From Saccostrea echinata (lineage: Eukaryota): 64,000 nt of DNA. A program made the position numbers and the translations under genes. Below, one piece after another: positions 1 through 11,737 of this stretch. The stretch lies in assembly GCF_033153115.1 (NCBI RefSeq), contig NW_026889774.1, forward strand, positions 12,524,001 through 12,588,000, in the 5' to 3' direction. Positions within the stretch are counted from its first letter, which is position 1; each line of letters opens with the position of its first letter. A model generated the notes under the pieces. The model was given only the letters and a program-made list of their open reading frames with translations. It had not been told where the DNA came from and made no database searches.

Positions 1-357
1 TTTTTCAGTTTATCACAGTTGTCACACGCTCTACGTATGAACAATTTCTAAAACGAGGTAAGTTATCGACAAACAAGTTGATGAAACAAGAATATCAGCA
101 GTCTCTTTTAAAGTCGTCATTTTGTAAGCTACAATGATCTTGTCAGCAAATAAAATTTATCATTAAGTCAAATGGTGACTGAAGTATTTCATACTTATTG
201 TTAGCCATTATTTAAACTCTGAATTGTCGACGGATTTTTCCGTTATTTCCCGATCATGACAAGGAGCACACGGCGGGTGTCACCGCTCGGCAGGGGATGC
301 TCACTCCTCCATGGCAGTAATTGATCCCACCTTTGTTGTTTTAGAGGTCCGTGTTTC
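1..357 (+). mobile_element. 3' fragment of a Penelope-like (Naiad-type) retroelement, degenerate
   Basis: Translates to remnants of a PLE RT C-terminus (EQFLKRGKLSTNKLMKQEYQQS) followed by the GC-rich 3' block CACACGGCGGGTGT...GGTCCGTGTT; a paralogous copy is at 13465-13795. Confidence 0.7.
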
Positions 358-1372
358 GTTATCTCCAAATATTTCACTCAATTGGGTGCCAATTAAAAAA
401 GTTACATTTGTTTTATTATATTTTCTATCAACTTAAAATGTTTATTTATAAAGTAGATCAATCTTCAAGGCATATTCAAGTCTTATCAATTTTTATAGAA
501 CATCACAATTACAAATAGGGGTTGAAACATCTGGGTTTTTTTTCAGAAACATTCACATTAGCTAATTAGATATAGAGAAGCCAACACCATTTTTGTTTTA
601 TTTTTTATTATATTCATTTTCATTATTAGAAATATCAAGTCAATGTGTGTTTAAGAATCTTTAAATAGCAACACAAGTATATGCTTAATCATGTGATCAA
701 GTTTGAGCCAATCAGAGAGCTTTGAATAATAGAAGCATATACCAAAGATTACTGTGAATCTTCTACATCTATTTTTATTCAAATCTTTATATTTGGGGCA
801 GCTAGCAATCACAATATGGCTTCAAGTACATCTTCCAAAAGGATCCTTATGCTCGATATGGCTTCCAATACATCTTCCCAAAGGTTTGTTTACATCATAT
901 CTTAAATTTAGTTATACTGTAAACCTACTCGTGTCAAATAAATGACTATGAGAGCTTGTGCTCAGGAACCAACAGCACTGTACATGTATATCCTATGTGT
1001 CGGATCTACTTACTAGATACAAGGTCACGGATGGAAATTTATATAAAGCACTAAAAATGACCCACGACACAAACAATCAAAAATTGTCAAATTATCAGGA
1101 CGCCCTGTACCTTCCTCTGGACATAGAAGAGGTCCAAAAGTCATAAACAACAAAACAGATGAAAACGAAAAAATCTAGCATTATAACCACGCTACTAAAC
1201 TCTGTTTATTCACAGTTTAACATTTTGATACATGTGAAAGCAAATTAATTTGAAATGAATAAGGACAACCGCGAGGAACGCCCAGCCAGTCTGGTCATTA
1301 CCACAGGAGACCAGAAAGTTAAATTTGACAATTTTTTATTGTTCGTGTCGTTGGTCATTTTTAGTATATATA

Positions 1373-2454
1373 CGAGGGTTGTTCGGAAAGTTCGTGGACT
1401 TCTGTCATATTTTTTTTATTTAACGTCATAAGTTATCCAAATTTGGTAGAAATATTTCAACAATAAATTTAAATAATTTGCATCAATTTTTTCAAAAATA
1501 TCATGATTTATTTAAAACTTATCTAGAATTAAAAACTACAAAAATCGGATCGCGGCGCAGGTCAAAATTTGTAATTTACAAACAATACACTAAATAATGT
1601 CTGTAGTCATCTTCTCTGTAAAATGGAGCAAAAACGAAAAAATCCTAGAGGGTTAAAATAAGAACTGTTACATCAATTCTTATTCCAAATTATGGCTTAA
1701 TATTTTGCTTCGGTAAAAAGAAATCAATCTGAGAAGATAGGTAGTCCTCATTGAACACGACAAAAACGATGACGTTGTAGAACGTCACGGCGCAGCAGAT
1801 AACGATGCAGTTTTGTGTTATACTCGGGGAAAATCCTGAATAAACGCTAAAAATGTCGGAAGAATCAGAAAATATGCCACAAGCGGGTAGTGCATGTGTG
1901 TAAATGGTAGAGGTGGTATTTGAGTGACAGAGACTCTGTATCGGACGAGGACAATATGTGAAGAAACAGCTTAACTGTAAAATTCTGAACGAAAACTTTT
2001 AAAAGTTGGGACGTCATGGAAAGACGCAGGCGCTTCAGAGTTGCTGATCTTGTGAAAGCACAATTAAGCGGTAAACAGCTGGTAAAAGAAATTAAATATT
2101 AACAAAGGAAGTTATAAAACGAGAACAATTGTTAGAAAAATAAATGTCAAGTGATTGAAAAAGGTTTTTAATACGTGGGTATTGGACTATACTGTGTGAA
2201 TGTATAGGGATAGAATTTTTAAGAAACTCTTGACGCTATGTTTTTGACGTTACATTGCTTTTAAGTGTGCGCCGTGGTTACAAAACATGTTGATTTTAAA
2301 ATAAAGTAAATTAATTTCTATCAAATCAAATGGAATGAAATTTCACAGATCAACAAAACAAATATTTTTACACATGATATTGTGCTTACTTTAAATTTCT
2401 TGGAAGTAGTATAACAAAGATTGACATCGTCCACGAACTTTTCGAACAACCCCC

Positions 2455-2455
<1 letters not shown>
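1373..2455 (+). mobile_element. Internally deleted mariner-family DNA transposon
   Basis: TA target duplications (1371-72, 2456-57); ~27-bp TIRs CGAGGGTTGTTCGGAAAGTTCGTGGAC / GTCCACGAACTTTTCGAACAACCCCCG; ~1790-2060 reads as a decayed mariner N-terminal HTH (QQITMQFCV.LG...TLKM...W.RW...RDSVSDE, RRFRVADL). Confidence 0.85.

Positions 2456-2540
<85 letters not shown>
2456..2540. repeat. (TA)n microsatellite
   Basis: Pure TA run; similar runs at ~13195-13272, ~25807-25861 and ~27292-27370. Confidence 0.97.
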
Positions 2541-2543
<3 letters not shown>

Positions 2544-3768
2544 GGATGTCAATTTTATTCGGACAGCTTAGTCGAATGGTCGGAGGCTTTAGTCGAACGA
2601 TAGTCGAATATTCGTTGAAATTTAAATTAATTTTTCATGTCATTTTCACTATTTGTCTTTTATAGACTAGTTGTACAATATTTAACCTACGCTATCACCT
2701 TTATACAACGAATTCCTGAATCGTAAACATTTACGTAGTACAATAAATACTGTATATCTACATTTATCCAATGCATTTGATTTCAAAATTAATATAATAT
2801 TTACTACACATTTTATCTAAATGCATTTGTCCTTTCTTTTCATAATGATAGTACATGTACCCGTTAATTGAAGCCATTTATACCTGTCGTGTCAGTGACC
2901 TTTGACTGGTAAACAATTAATTACAGCGTGCCTCCGATAAAAACAGAGAGAGAGAGAGCTTGCGATAAATTTTAATTATGAGATTTTGTGCAAATAATCA
3001 ATGCAATCTTAAAAAGACTTCATGATATTAATATCAGAAAGAAACACCATTTAATTATATACGCTCATAACTGTCCCCCAATTTACATGTATTTACAATT
3101 TTGTAACATCAGTTTAATTATTCTTTATGAATAGTTGCATTACGTCAGATCTTATGGAATTGCAGGTTGAAACTTTATAATTTGAATCTACAAAACCAAA
3201 CAATTCTTGAACGTTTTTACAACAATAAGTGGTAGACAATCCTTGATAATCATGTTTGTGATAGCAACAATTTTCTTTCCGGCTCTGTTTTTTTTTTGTT
3301 TTTTGTTTTTTTTTTGTTTTGCATTTTGCATTTTGCGGAGAACTTACTTAAGAAGAGTTTCACTTGAAGACTGTGTTTACTATATGTATGTTTGACGGAT
3401 TCGGCATATGATACATCATATTTGATGTTCCACTGCAGAATACAAGTTCAGTTTCACATAACCTTGATAACGTACTTTTAACTGTTTTTCCATCCTGAAA
3501 TCTATTAAAGTATTCCAAAAAACTGTAGATTTTGGAGGCATATTTGCCGAACATAAATCGACGTACAGATAATTTCCTTTGAGCAGTTAAACCATACCTT
3601 GAGTTTTACTTTACGAGAACATTGATCTGTATATAAACGAAATGAGCGAATTCAAGTTTATTACCTTGAATTTAAAATTACTTTCAGGTAAAACATTTTT
3701 AACGAATAACCGACTAAAGAAATTTTAGTCGATACTCGGTATGATCGAACGATAGTCGAGTACTCTAA
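2541..3768. mobile_element. Probable hAT-like MITE; right end lost in assembly gap
   Basis: Begins TAGGGATGTC with clustered subterminal TAGTCGA repeats (2568-2610) that recur at 3705-3765 just before the N gap. Confidence 0.4.
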
Positions 3769-3984
3769 NNNNNNNNNNNNNNNNNNNNNNNNNNNNNNNN
3801 NNNNNNNNNNNNNNNNNNNNNNNNNNNNNNNNNNNNNNNNNNNNNNNNNNNNNNNNNNNNNNNNNNNNNNNNNNNNNNNNNNNNNNNNNNNNNNNNNNNN
3901 NNNNNNNNNNNNNNNNNNNNNNNNNNNNNNNNNNNNNNNNNNNNNNNNNNNNNNNNNNNNNNNNNNNNNNNNNNNNNNNNNNNN
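3769..3984. other. Assembly gap (N run)
   Basis: Run of N; other gaps at 13836-13976 and 24966-25093. Confidence 0.99.
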
Positions 3985-4063
3985 AAAAATCATGTATGGG
4001 TTTTAAAAAATAAATTACTTAACTATCTATCTGATAACATTTTTCAGTAAACATACAGTTGTA

Positions 4064-6166
4064 TTGTGCCTATCACACTTCTCAGAGGCTGTGTATGTGG
4101 CAATGTGCGCCTTAGTGGGGACCCCACAAGAAGTAACCATAAGGAGAGATGTCTCAGACATTATAGACATTGTTAGGCATCAAGCATCAAACAGTCTTGA
4201 TTACACGATGATGTCCAGTGGAAGTTTTCGAGAAGGATTCAGGATGAAGAGTTCAGATTATGATAGCATGCATTGGCCAAATAATCAGAGAGTAGTCTGG
4301 GATTTGTGCCAAGTTCAGTATTACGATATTCAGAGAAACACACTGATTCTTGCTGATACTTCTGAAAGCCCACCAGGATACGCTTTACTTTGGTTACCGA
4401 TACCAAATAGAGCAGCCAAAAGTTTGTCATCCGTTGTTTTCAGAATGAATAATAGAGTTTATATATCTAGTTCTGCTTACAAGGAAACTTTCTTTTCACC
4501 AATGTGGCCTGGTTCTAATGTACACGGACCGTGTCATAGTGGATTTTACGGTGGTTTGATCGAATATGACGAGGCTTACTGTTTGGCATGTGACTTTTGG
4601 CCCCCATCTGCCTCCTCATGGATAGCACGATGTCACTCATGGCCCAAATCTCATGTTGTTCGTGACATAGTCAGTCATGGGTGTCACTTTGTTGCAATAG
4701 GCCATAAACTTGGAAATCATGAAGATGAAGAATGGAGGATTTCTTTTTCTTTGGCGGAGCAAAAACTTGTCTACTCAATGAACCACTGTCAATTCTTAAC
4801 GTACGGGATACTTAAACTGTTCATGAATGATGTTTTGAACAGCAACCACGTTAGTTCAGATAAGCTGTTGTGTTCATATTACATGAAGACAGCAGTTTTT
4901 TGGGTGCTTCAAAAAAACATAATATTTCATTGGTTTCCTCAAAACCTCTTGGATTGTTTCTGGGTCTGCTTTAAACTCATTCTAAAGTGGGTTTATAAGG
5001 GTATCTGTCCAAACTTTTTTATCCCAGAACATAACATGTTTCTGAATAATATCCATGGAGAGGCACAAAAAAAATTATTCATTAGAATGTATGCCTTGTA
5101 TCAAAAGGGTGTATCATGCCTGTTCGAGAGTCACTCGATCAGGTCATATGTACATGTGATTCTTCAGAATCCAAAACTCTATAAATCTATAGAAGAACCC
5201 ACTCTGCTGTCTGAAACTGAGTTAGATATACAACTGTTCAAAGAGATTTATACAAACCGTGTAAGTACAGCCGAATCAACCTTGAAAAGCTGCATTAAGT
5301 TCCTAAATGCAGTAGAATTCTTGATAGGCACTCCTTTGACACAATATCAACTTGTCAAAATAGAAAAACACACAGCTTGTATTCTTCAGAGCACTTCCTT
5401 TGTACTATACAATACGTTCACTGCATTTATATTACACAATGTGCAAGGTAAAGAAGATATTAACAAATTTAAGTACATTATTGACAAAATAGCACATCGA
5501 ATGCTTCGACTGGCAGCGAAGTTTGGATTTATTTCTGATACGTTGTTTTTGGCAATGTATTACTACAAGACATATAGATACAAGGAAGCTTTAGCTGTAC
5601 TGCAGATCATAAATGTCAAGACAGCACAACCATTTCTGATGCATCTTCAAAGTGTAAATGAGGAGAAGTATAGAGAGGCTATGGGGGGACTGTCATGGTC
5701 CACAAAGGCCAGAGAGGCTGTAATGAGCAATGTCTGTCTTTTCAATGATCTGTGTTATTTCAATGAGTTAATCATAGAACAGCAATCTAGTTTACAGAGT
5801 CCCTGGTACTTTTTATTCATACCACCCCTTGTATTGTTACGTATGCTAGAATTCCTATGTTACTCACATATTGACATAAAGAAGGCACAAACAGCCGTAT
5901 ATGATCTACAAGTTCTTGTTCACCATGACCAGGAAGTATTTCTAAAAGGGCTCAAAGACATCTCATGGCAGATTTTGGGAATCTGTCAACATATGACAGG
6001 CAATCTACAGGCTGCTCTTTACTCCTATCAACAGTCTCTCCGACAAGTCCGAGTAAACCACTTACAAACTGCTTCAATAATAAGGATTATTATATTAATT
6101 TACCAAGTGCTTCACAATTTGAAATATTTTCAGACTCGGCCGAATTTGGCAATGAGTAAATTATAG
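4064..6166 (+). CDS. cGAS-like receptor (cGLR) / Mab-21-domain nucleotidyltransferase with C-terminal TPR-like repeats, ~690-700 aa
   Basis: NTase signature SGS-FREG-x5-SDYD (G53-S54, D65, D67) and third Asp in EYD169; Mab-21 motifs CDFWPPSA, GCHFVAIGH, EWRISFSLAEQKL, LCSYYMKTAVFW, CPNFFIPEHNMF; TPR-like helices (LAMYYYKTYRYKEAL; SWQILGICQHMTGNLQAALYSYQQSL). Splice acceptor TTTTCAG ends at 4047 and the first ATG is at 4103, so the true start is either 4103 or in an upstream exon. Confidence 0.9.
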   Translation: MCLSHFSEAVYVAMCALVGTPQEVTIRRDVSDIIDIVRHQASNSLDYTMMSSGSFREGFRMKSSDYDSMHWPNNQRVVWDLCQVQYYDIQRNTLILADTSESPPGYALLWLPIPNRAAKSLSSVVFRMNNRVYISSSAYKETFFSPMWPGSNVHGPCHSGFYGGLIEYDEAYCLACDFWPPSASSWIARCHSWPKSHVVRDIVSHGCHFVAIGHKLGNHEDEEWRISFSLAEQKLVYSMNHCQFLTYGILKLFMNDVLNSNHVSSDKLLCSYYMKTAVFWVLQKNIIFHWFPQNLLDCFWVCFKLILKWVYKGICPNFFIPEHNMFLNNIHGEAQKKLFIRMYALYQKGVSCLFESHSIRSYVHVILQNPKLYKSIEEPTLLSETELDIQLFKEIYTNRVSTAESTLKSCIKFLNAVEFLIGTPLTQYQLVKIEKHTACILQSTSFVLYNTFTAFILHNVQGKEDINKFKYIIDKIAHRMLRLAAKFGFISDTLFLAMYYYKTYRYKEALAVLQIINVKTAQPFLMHLQSVNEEKYREAMGGLSWSTKAREAVMSNVCLFNDLCYFNELIIEQQSSLQSPWYFLFIPPLVLLRMLEFLCYSHIDIKKAQTAVYDLQVLVHHDQEVFLKGLKDISWQILGICQHMTGNLQAALYSYQQSLRQVRVNHLQTASIIRIIILIYQVLHNLKYFQTRPNLAMSKL

Positions 6167-7038
6167 ATATCAGAGAACCACCAGATTTTAAATTCAAGAA
6201 TAAGAAAACGTCTTGGTGCAATAACTTGTCAAAACAATTTATGGAATTAAAAATCACGTGATACTCTTGTTTTTTCCGAGGGGTAGTTGTGGTGGGTTTA
6301 GTTGGTATAATTGCAAATAAGGAGTTGGGAATTCTATACATAAGGGTACATCAACTATATCCACCCTTTGATAAATAGGGATCGTATTGTTTTATCACCA
6401 TTTTAACGTTTAATTGAGATCACAAGAGTTATCTCCCCTCTGTGTTGTTCATCCTTTACATGACACTTTCTATGCATATATCATCAAAGTGTACCTGTAT
6501 ATTTGTATTTTTGACCATTTACTCGACATACCAAATATATCTATCAAGTTATAGTAGTCCAGACCTAGAGTCTTTTCTACCGAATAGTGCAAATGAAGCA
6601 CGAGATTTTTTAACGTAAAATATTGAATTTTTTTTATCAGTGCATATATATGATTCTTCTAGATCTATCTGGCAATATAAAGCAATTGGGGTCAACAAAA
6701 TAATCAAGAAAAATTCTAGGTACATAATATATGGTTTAACAAAAACATAACGTATAAAGGAAACCGTCATTTCTTCCAAACTGGATCAAAAGTTGTTATA
6801 AATACGGGTTTAAAACAATAAATGAAATTAAAGAAAATTTAATATGTTCACAAAACTACCTTTGTGAGTACGTGATTGTAAAGAGTGCTCTTAAGAAACA
6901 TATTCCAAAAATAAACCTGCAGAATAAAGTAAACGCAAGTAATTCACAGCTCTGCTTCAACTTTCAAGGATATTTTGAACAAACTGAGGGTAAAATATCT
7001 AAATTCTTCTACAATATCTTGTTACACAAAACATCAAA

Positions 7039-7090
7039 AAAACAAACAAACAAACAAACAAACAAACAAACAAACAAAAAACAAAAAAAA
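7039..7090. repeat. (AAAC)n microsatellite
   Basis: Direct inspection. Confidence 0.9.
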
Positions 7091-9101
7091 ACTTTAATGG
7101 AAATATTTTGGTCAAAGCGATTCTGTATTGACGACTTCCATTTATGGGAAAATATTTACTAGGAACAAGTCAAAGACATATTTGATAAGAATGTGTCAGA
7201 TTTTAACTCTAAATTGATGCATAACTTACTGACTTGTAACAAGTATGTAAGCAAATGGAAAAAAAGACTTAGATAAAAACTGTTCGATTTGTAATGCAGA
7301 AGAAGACATAAAGCATCTTATTTTTGATTGCCGTGTAGTAAAACCTATTAGCAGTAAAATATCATTGCTTTTAAATATAGATGTGTCATTGAAAGTTATT
7401 GTCATTGGTTTTCCAGCATATTGTAACAAAAGTACCTTTGTTCTAAACAATATATTGTCTTTCGTTGCCTACAAAATATATAAAAATAAAATGAAATGCA
7501 GACTTTTAAATGAGACTGTTACTAATGAGAGTTCAATGTGTTTCTTAAAAATGCACTTACTCAGTTTTATTTCATAACAAAATTAACAAAAAGTATTGCA
7601 TGTGATTTCAAAATCATCAAAGAGTTGTCTGAAAAATTGTGATATTATCTATTTATCCAAAGGCGGCCTGGCCTTTGGAGTATACAATCGTAGGGGGGAA
7701 TTGTGGACTCTATGAGTTGTGGCTTGGTGCCCCTACGATTATATCTTGTGAAATTGCTATAGTTTTCTTATATATAACGCTAAATTATATATTTTAGAGA
7801 ATATTCTTTTAAAAAATGTGCTATTATCTTTACATGTAGTTGTATATTTTTTCTATCGTCCTATGTTATTGAAGTGCATTTTAATACATATTTATTAATT
7901 TTGATATGATGTAAAATTCTCAAAATATATGTACATTTAGATGTATCAAATTTCAATTTTTTCTATCTGATCCAGGGAGCTCCTGGCACCCCAGGTGATG
8001 ATATATTTGTGAGGACCTCTGAGGAGGCATTACCTTTACTTTTTTGCTAATAGATTATTGCAATAAAGAATTGAGAGAGAGAAACACACACACACACACA
8101 CACATTTGCATAGCAAATTAACGATGTATGTTTTGTACACATATAAATGTGCATTCTATCTAAAATAAAAATGCTTTTCTTTTCGGAAAAAAAATATGAT
8201 TGTTTCCTCAAAACCTCTTGGATTGTTTCTTGGTCTGCTTTAAACTCATCCTAAAGTGGGTTTATAAGGGTATCTGTCCAAACTTTCTATCCTAGAACAT
8301 AATATGTTTCTGAATAATATCCATGGAGAGGCACAAAAAAATATTCATTGGAATGTATGACTTGTATCAGAAGGATGTATCATGCCTGTTCGAGAGTCCC
8401 TCGATCAGGTCCTATGAACATATGATTCTGAAACCCACTTTGCTGTCTGAAACTGAGTTTGATGTAAATCTCTTGCAAGAAAAATCATACATGTACAAGT
8501 GAACCAACCTAGGAAAACTGTATGAAGTTACTACATGCAGAAGAACTTTTGATAAGCACTCCTCTGACTCAGTATCAACTTGTGAAGTTAGAAAACCACC
8601 AAGCTTTCATTTTTCAAGCATTGCCTTTGTTTTGCATTTATGTTACACGATTTGGATAAAAAGCAAATGTTAACAAGGTATAGTACATTGTAGACAAAAT
8701 ACGACATCGGATGGTTATGAACTTGCAGCAAAGTTTTCCAATGGTTGTATTTCTGACAAGTTGTTCATTGCAGTGTATTATTACAAGACTTACAGATACA
8801 TGTACAAGGAAGTCTTAGCTGTTTTAAAGATAATTAACGTCAAGTAGGCACAACCATTACTGATGCATCTTCAAAGTGTAAATAAGTATAGAGAGATTAT
8901 GGAGGACTGTCATGGTCTATAAAAGCAAGAGAGGCTGTAATGAGCAGTATATTTCTTTTTCATAATCTATTTTATATCACTGAGTTAATGATCGAACAGC
9001 AATCTAGTTTTCACAGTTCGTGGTACTTTTTATTCATTCCATCCCTTATACGCATGCTAGAGTTCTTGTCCTACAAACATATTAACACAAAGAAGGCACA
9101 A

Positions 9102-11737
9102 GGGTGAATTAAAAAAAAATGACCACCAAACTGAAATTTTTTGGAAAAATTCAACTACTTCTAACATATTTTTCACTTATATCATCATATTGCACATGCA
9201 TTCTAGTTTAAAATCCTAAAGTGGCAATAGAATAGACAATTGGAATAAAAAGTTTCAGAATTTTTATTAGTAAAATTTCTTTTGAAAAAAAAAAATATCA
9301 TTACACCTTAAAAGACTTTCTAAAATACATAATCACAAGAAATTATAGTTTTTTTATGCTTCAAAATGGTAAAAGAGATATAAATGATTAAATCTAGATC
9401 TTGATTGAGTATCTTCTCTTGTATGTGTGACAAAAAAATTGACTTTTCGATTGTTATTTTACAATATTTTTTCAATTCTGGTTTGAAAAGTTTTAATATG
9501 AAAAAAATATGAAGCAATAAGTCGCCCGCGTGGCGCAGTGGTTAGAGCGTCTGCTCTAGAGTCGCGAAGTAAGGAGTTGATCCTTACGTCGCGGGTTCGA
9601 ATCCCACTGTGGGACGTGGAGACCGGTCCTTCGGATGAGACCGTATAAACCGAGGTCCCGTGTCGCAGTAGGTGCTGGCACGAAAAAGATCCCTCACTGC
9701 TCAATGGCCGTAAGTGCCGAGTATAGGACAAAATTTGCAGCTCTCCACCGGCAAGTGGTGGCGTCTCCATATGAGTGAAAAATTCTCGAGAGGGACGTTA
9801 AACAACATACAATCAAACAAAAATGAAGCAATAAAATTCCCAAAATTTCACATTTTTGTCCGTTCAAGCCAATTCCTTTAAAACTAAGCCAAAAAAGAAT
9901 TTTTATAAACAAGTTCTCTTACAAAAGATACTAGATTTTGAAGTGACCCTATGTTACATTATTGTGTTGCACTCCTGACATCTGATATGTATTTTATTTA
10001 ACAATTTGTTTTAAAAATAACCCATTCTTACTTTGTAAAATAATTCGTCGTTTTGATATTTTTGATCGTTTACGGCAGGTTTTTCATATTTTGAAGACCT
10101 TAACACAAGATTATTTGCAAAGTGTAATATATATATAAATTGTATATAAAACTATATGTGAAATGCTGAAAACTATTCCCTGAATTGACTAGAAAATTTC
10201 TGTAATTTGTTGATAGACATAGTGTTTTGAACATCAAATAGTATCAAACTTTTTTTTTCAACTCGTTTTTTAGTAAAGATAGTTAAAAAGCATTGGTAAT
10301 TATAAAGCAGTTTTGTTGCACTCCTGACTGAGTAAAATTTAAAATTAAAACTGTAGAACACAAAAATTCATAAAGTGTTGGCAACATCAAGTGGTAATGA
10401 AATTGTGGAATATTTATAGTCCAATACTTCATAATTAAAACAGATGAAAGTATTTGAAATTCGCATTTTATCTGGAATTATTCTCTATTTATGCCAAAAA
10501 ACTAGCTTAAATGTATATTTAGAAGATAAAATATTTTTATTGCATATTTTCCTTTAGAGGACAAACACAGTAACCCACCAGAAAAATTCTACTCATCATT
10601 TTTTCTTTATTTTTATTCTTACTGGATGATTTATAATTCTAACATATTTGTTGCACTCCTGACCAAAAGCATTGGGACCTTTAAAGTAGAATTGTGAAGT
10701 GAAAATTACATAAGAACTTGTTCTGTTGTTTCAGTGAAGTTGAGGAGGAATTACTTGAATTTTATGACAATTTTTAGTGTGTTTATTTTTAACATTAATT
10801 TAAAAAATCACAAAAAAGATAAAAACACACCTGAATTGATAAAATTGAAAAAAGAAGGATTTTAATAATAAAACTGTCAATAATTTAGTATTAAATTATA
10901 CAAAAAGAACATTATTAATTAATGAATACGTCTAAGCATGAATATAAATGTTTTCGTCACACAACTTGAATCTTTAAAAAAAATGTGTTGCACTCCTGAC
11001 CATAGAAATATAGATCTGAAGCACACACAGATCCGGTAATTGATAAATCTATTTGGTAAAAATGTTCTTTGTGTCTTTCTTTTCCAAAATAAAAATCAGA
11101 AAATCATATAATGATAATAGTTTTTTCATGCTTGGGAGCAAAACATCAAATGTTGCACTCCTGACATTATTGGGTATGCACATATACTTGACTCTAATTA
11201 ATGCTGCTTGTGATTTATGTAACATTTTTAAGTTTTAGAATGTATATCAGTTATTGTTCTACACTTTTAAAATTCTTTTTTGTCTTAATTTTCTTTCAGA
11301 ATTTTACAATTGATGTTTTTTTGGCAGCACTACATTTTTTCTGTTGCACTCCTGACATGGTATAACATTTTTTTTAAACATCAGCCATGACCACAACTTG
11401 ATTAAACAAAAGTTACTACAGCCCACATTTAAAGCTCAATACTTTGAATATTATCAGGAAAGTCTTTATTTTCAACTTAAAGCATTATAATTTATTTCAC
11501 AGAGCTCCAAAAAATATTGAAATTTCAAAATGTCACAAAAAAGGTGTTGCACTCCTGACAATTTTGGCATCATTTTTGGGCATAACTTTTTTTGTTAATT
11601 GAGATATCAACGAGATATTTGGCAGGTATTTAGACACTATCTAAACACATATTCTGAGACATAGAAATCTATTTTCACTGCCTGTACTTTTAGTGTGGGT
11701 TGATAAATATGCGTTTGGTCATTTTTTTAATTCACCC
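9102..11737. mobile_element. Non-autonomous DNA transposon, Sola2-like
   Basis: TIRs GGGTGAATTAAAAAAA(AA)TGACCA / TGGTCATTTTTTTAATTCACCC; 4-bp TSD ACAA (9098-9101, 11738-11741) confirmed against the uninterrupted parent gene; GRG termini with a 4-bp TSD fit Sola2 (family assignment is inference). Confidence 0.8.
9521..9822 (+). mobile_element. Full-length tRNA-derived SINE with Deu/Nin-like core
   Basis: A box TGGCGCAGTGG, B box GGTTCGAATCC, core CTTCGGATGAGACCGTATAAACCGAGGTCCC...AAAGATCCC, A/C-rich tail, perfect 12-bp TSD ATGAAGCAATAA (9509-9520, 9823-9834). Confidence 0.9.

Noticed and set aside
255-300. SECIS element in the Naiad 3' region (ATGA...GA)
   Set aside because: It lacks the apical AA at the right spacing and a proper SECIS helix, and there is no evidence of in-frame UGA use.
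3661-3993. ORFs spanning N runs (also at 13.7-14.0 kb and 24.9-25.2 kb) and (YI)n ORFs
   Set aside because: Artefacts of assembly gaps and TA microsatellites.
9521-9615. tRNA gene, possibly an amber suppressor (CTCTAGA)
   Set aside because: No proper acceptor or anticodon stem; it continues into a SINE core and tail and is bounded by a 12-bp TSD.
9965-11559. CRISPR-like array (identical short repeats with unique spacers)
   Set aside because: Repeats are 15 bp with 150-335 bp AT-rich spacers inside a eukaryotic TIR element, and there are no cas genes.
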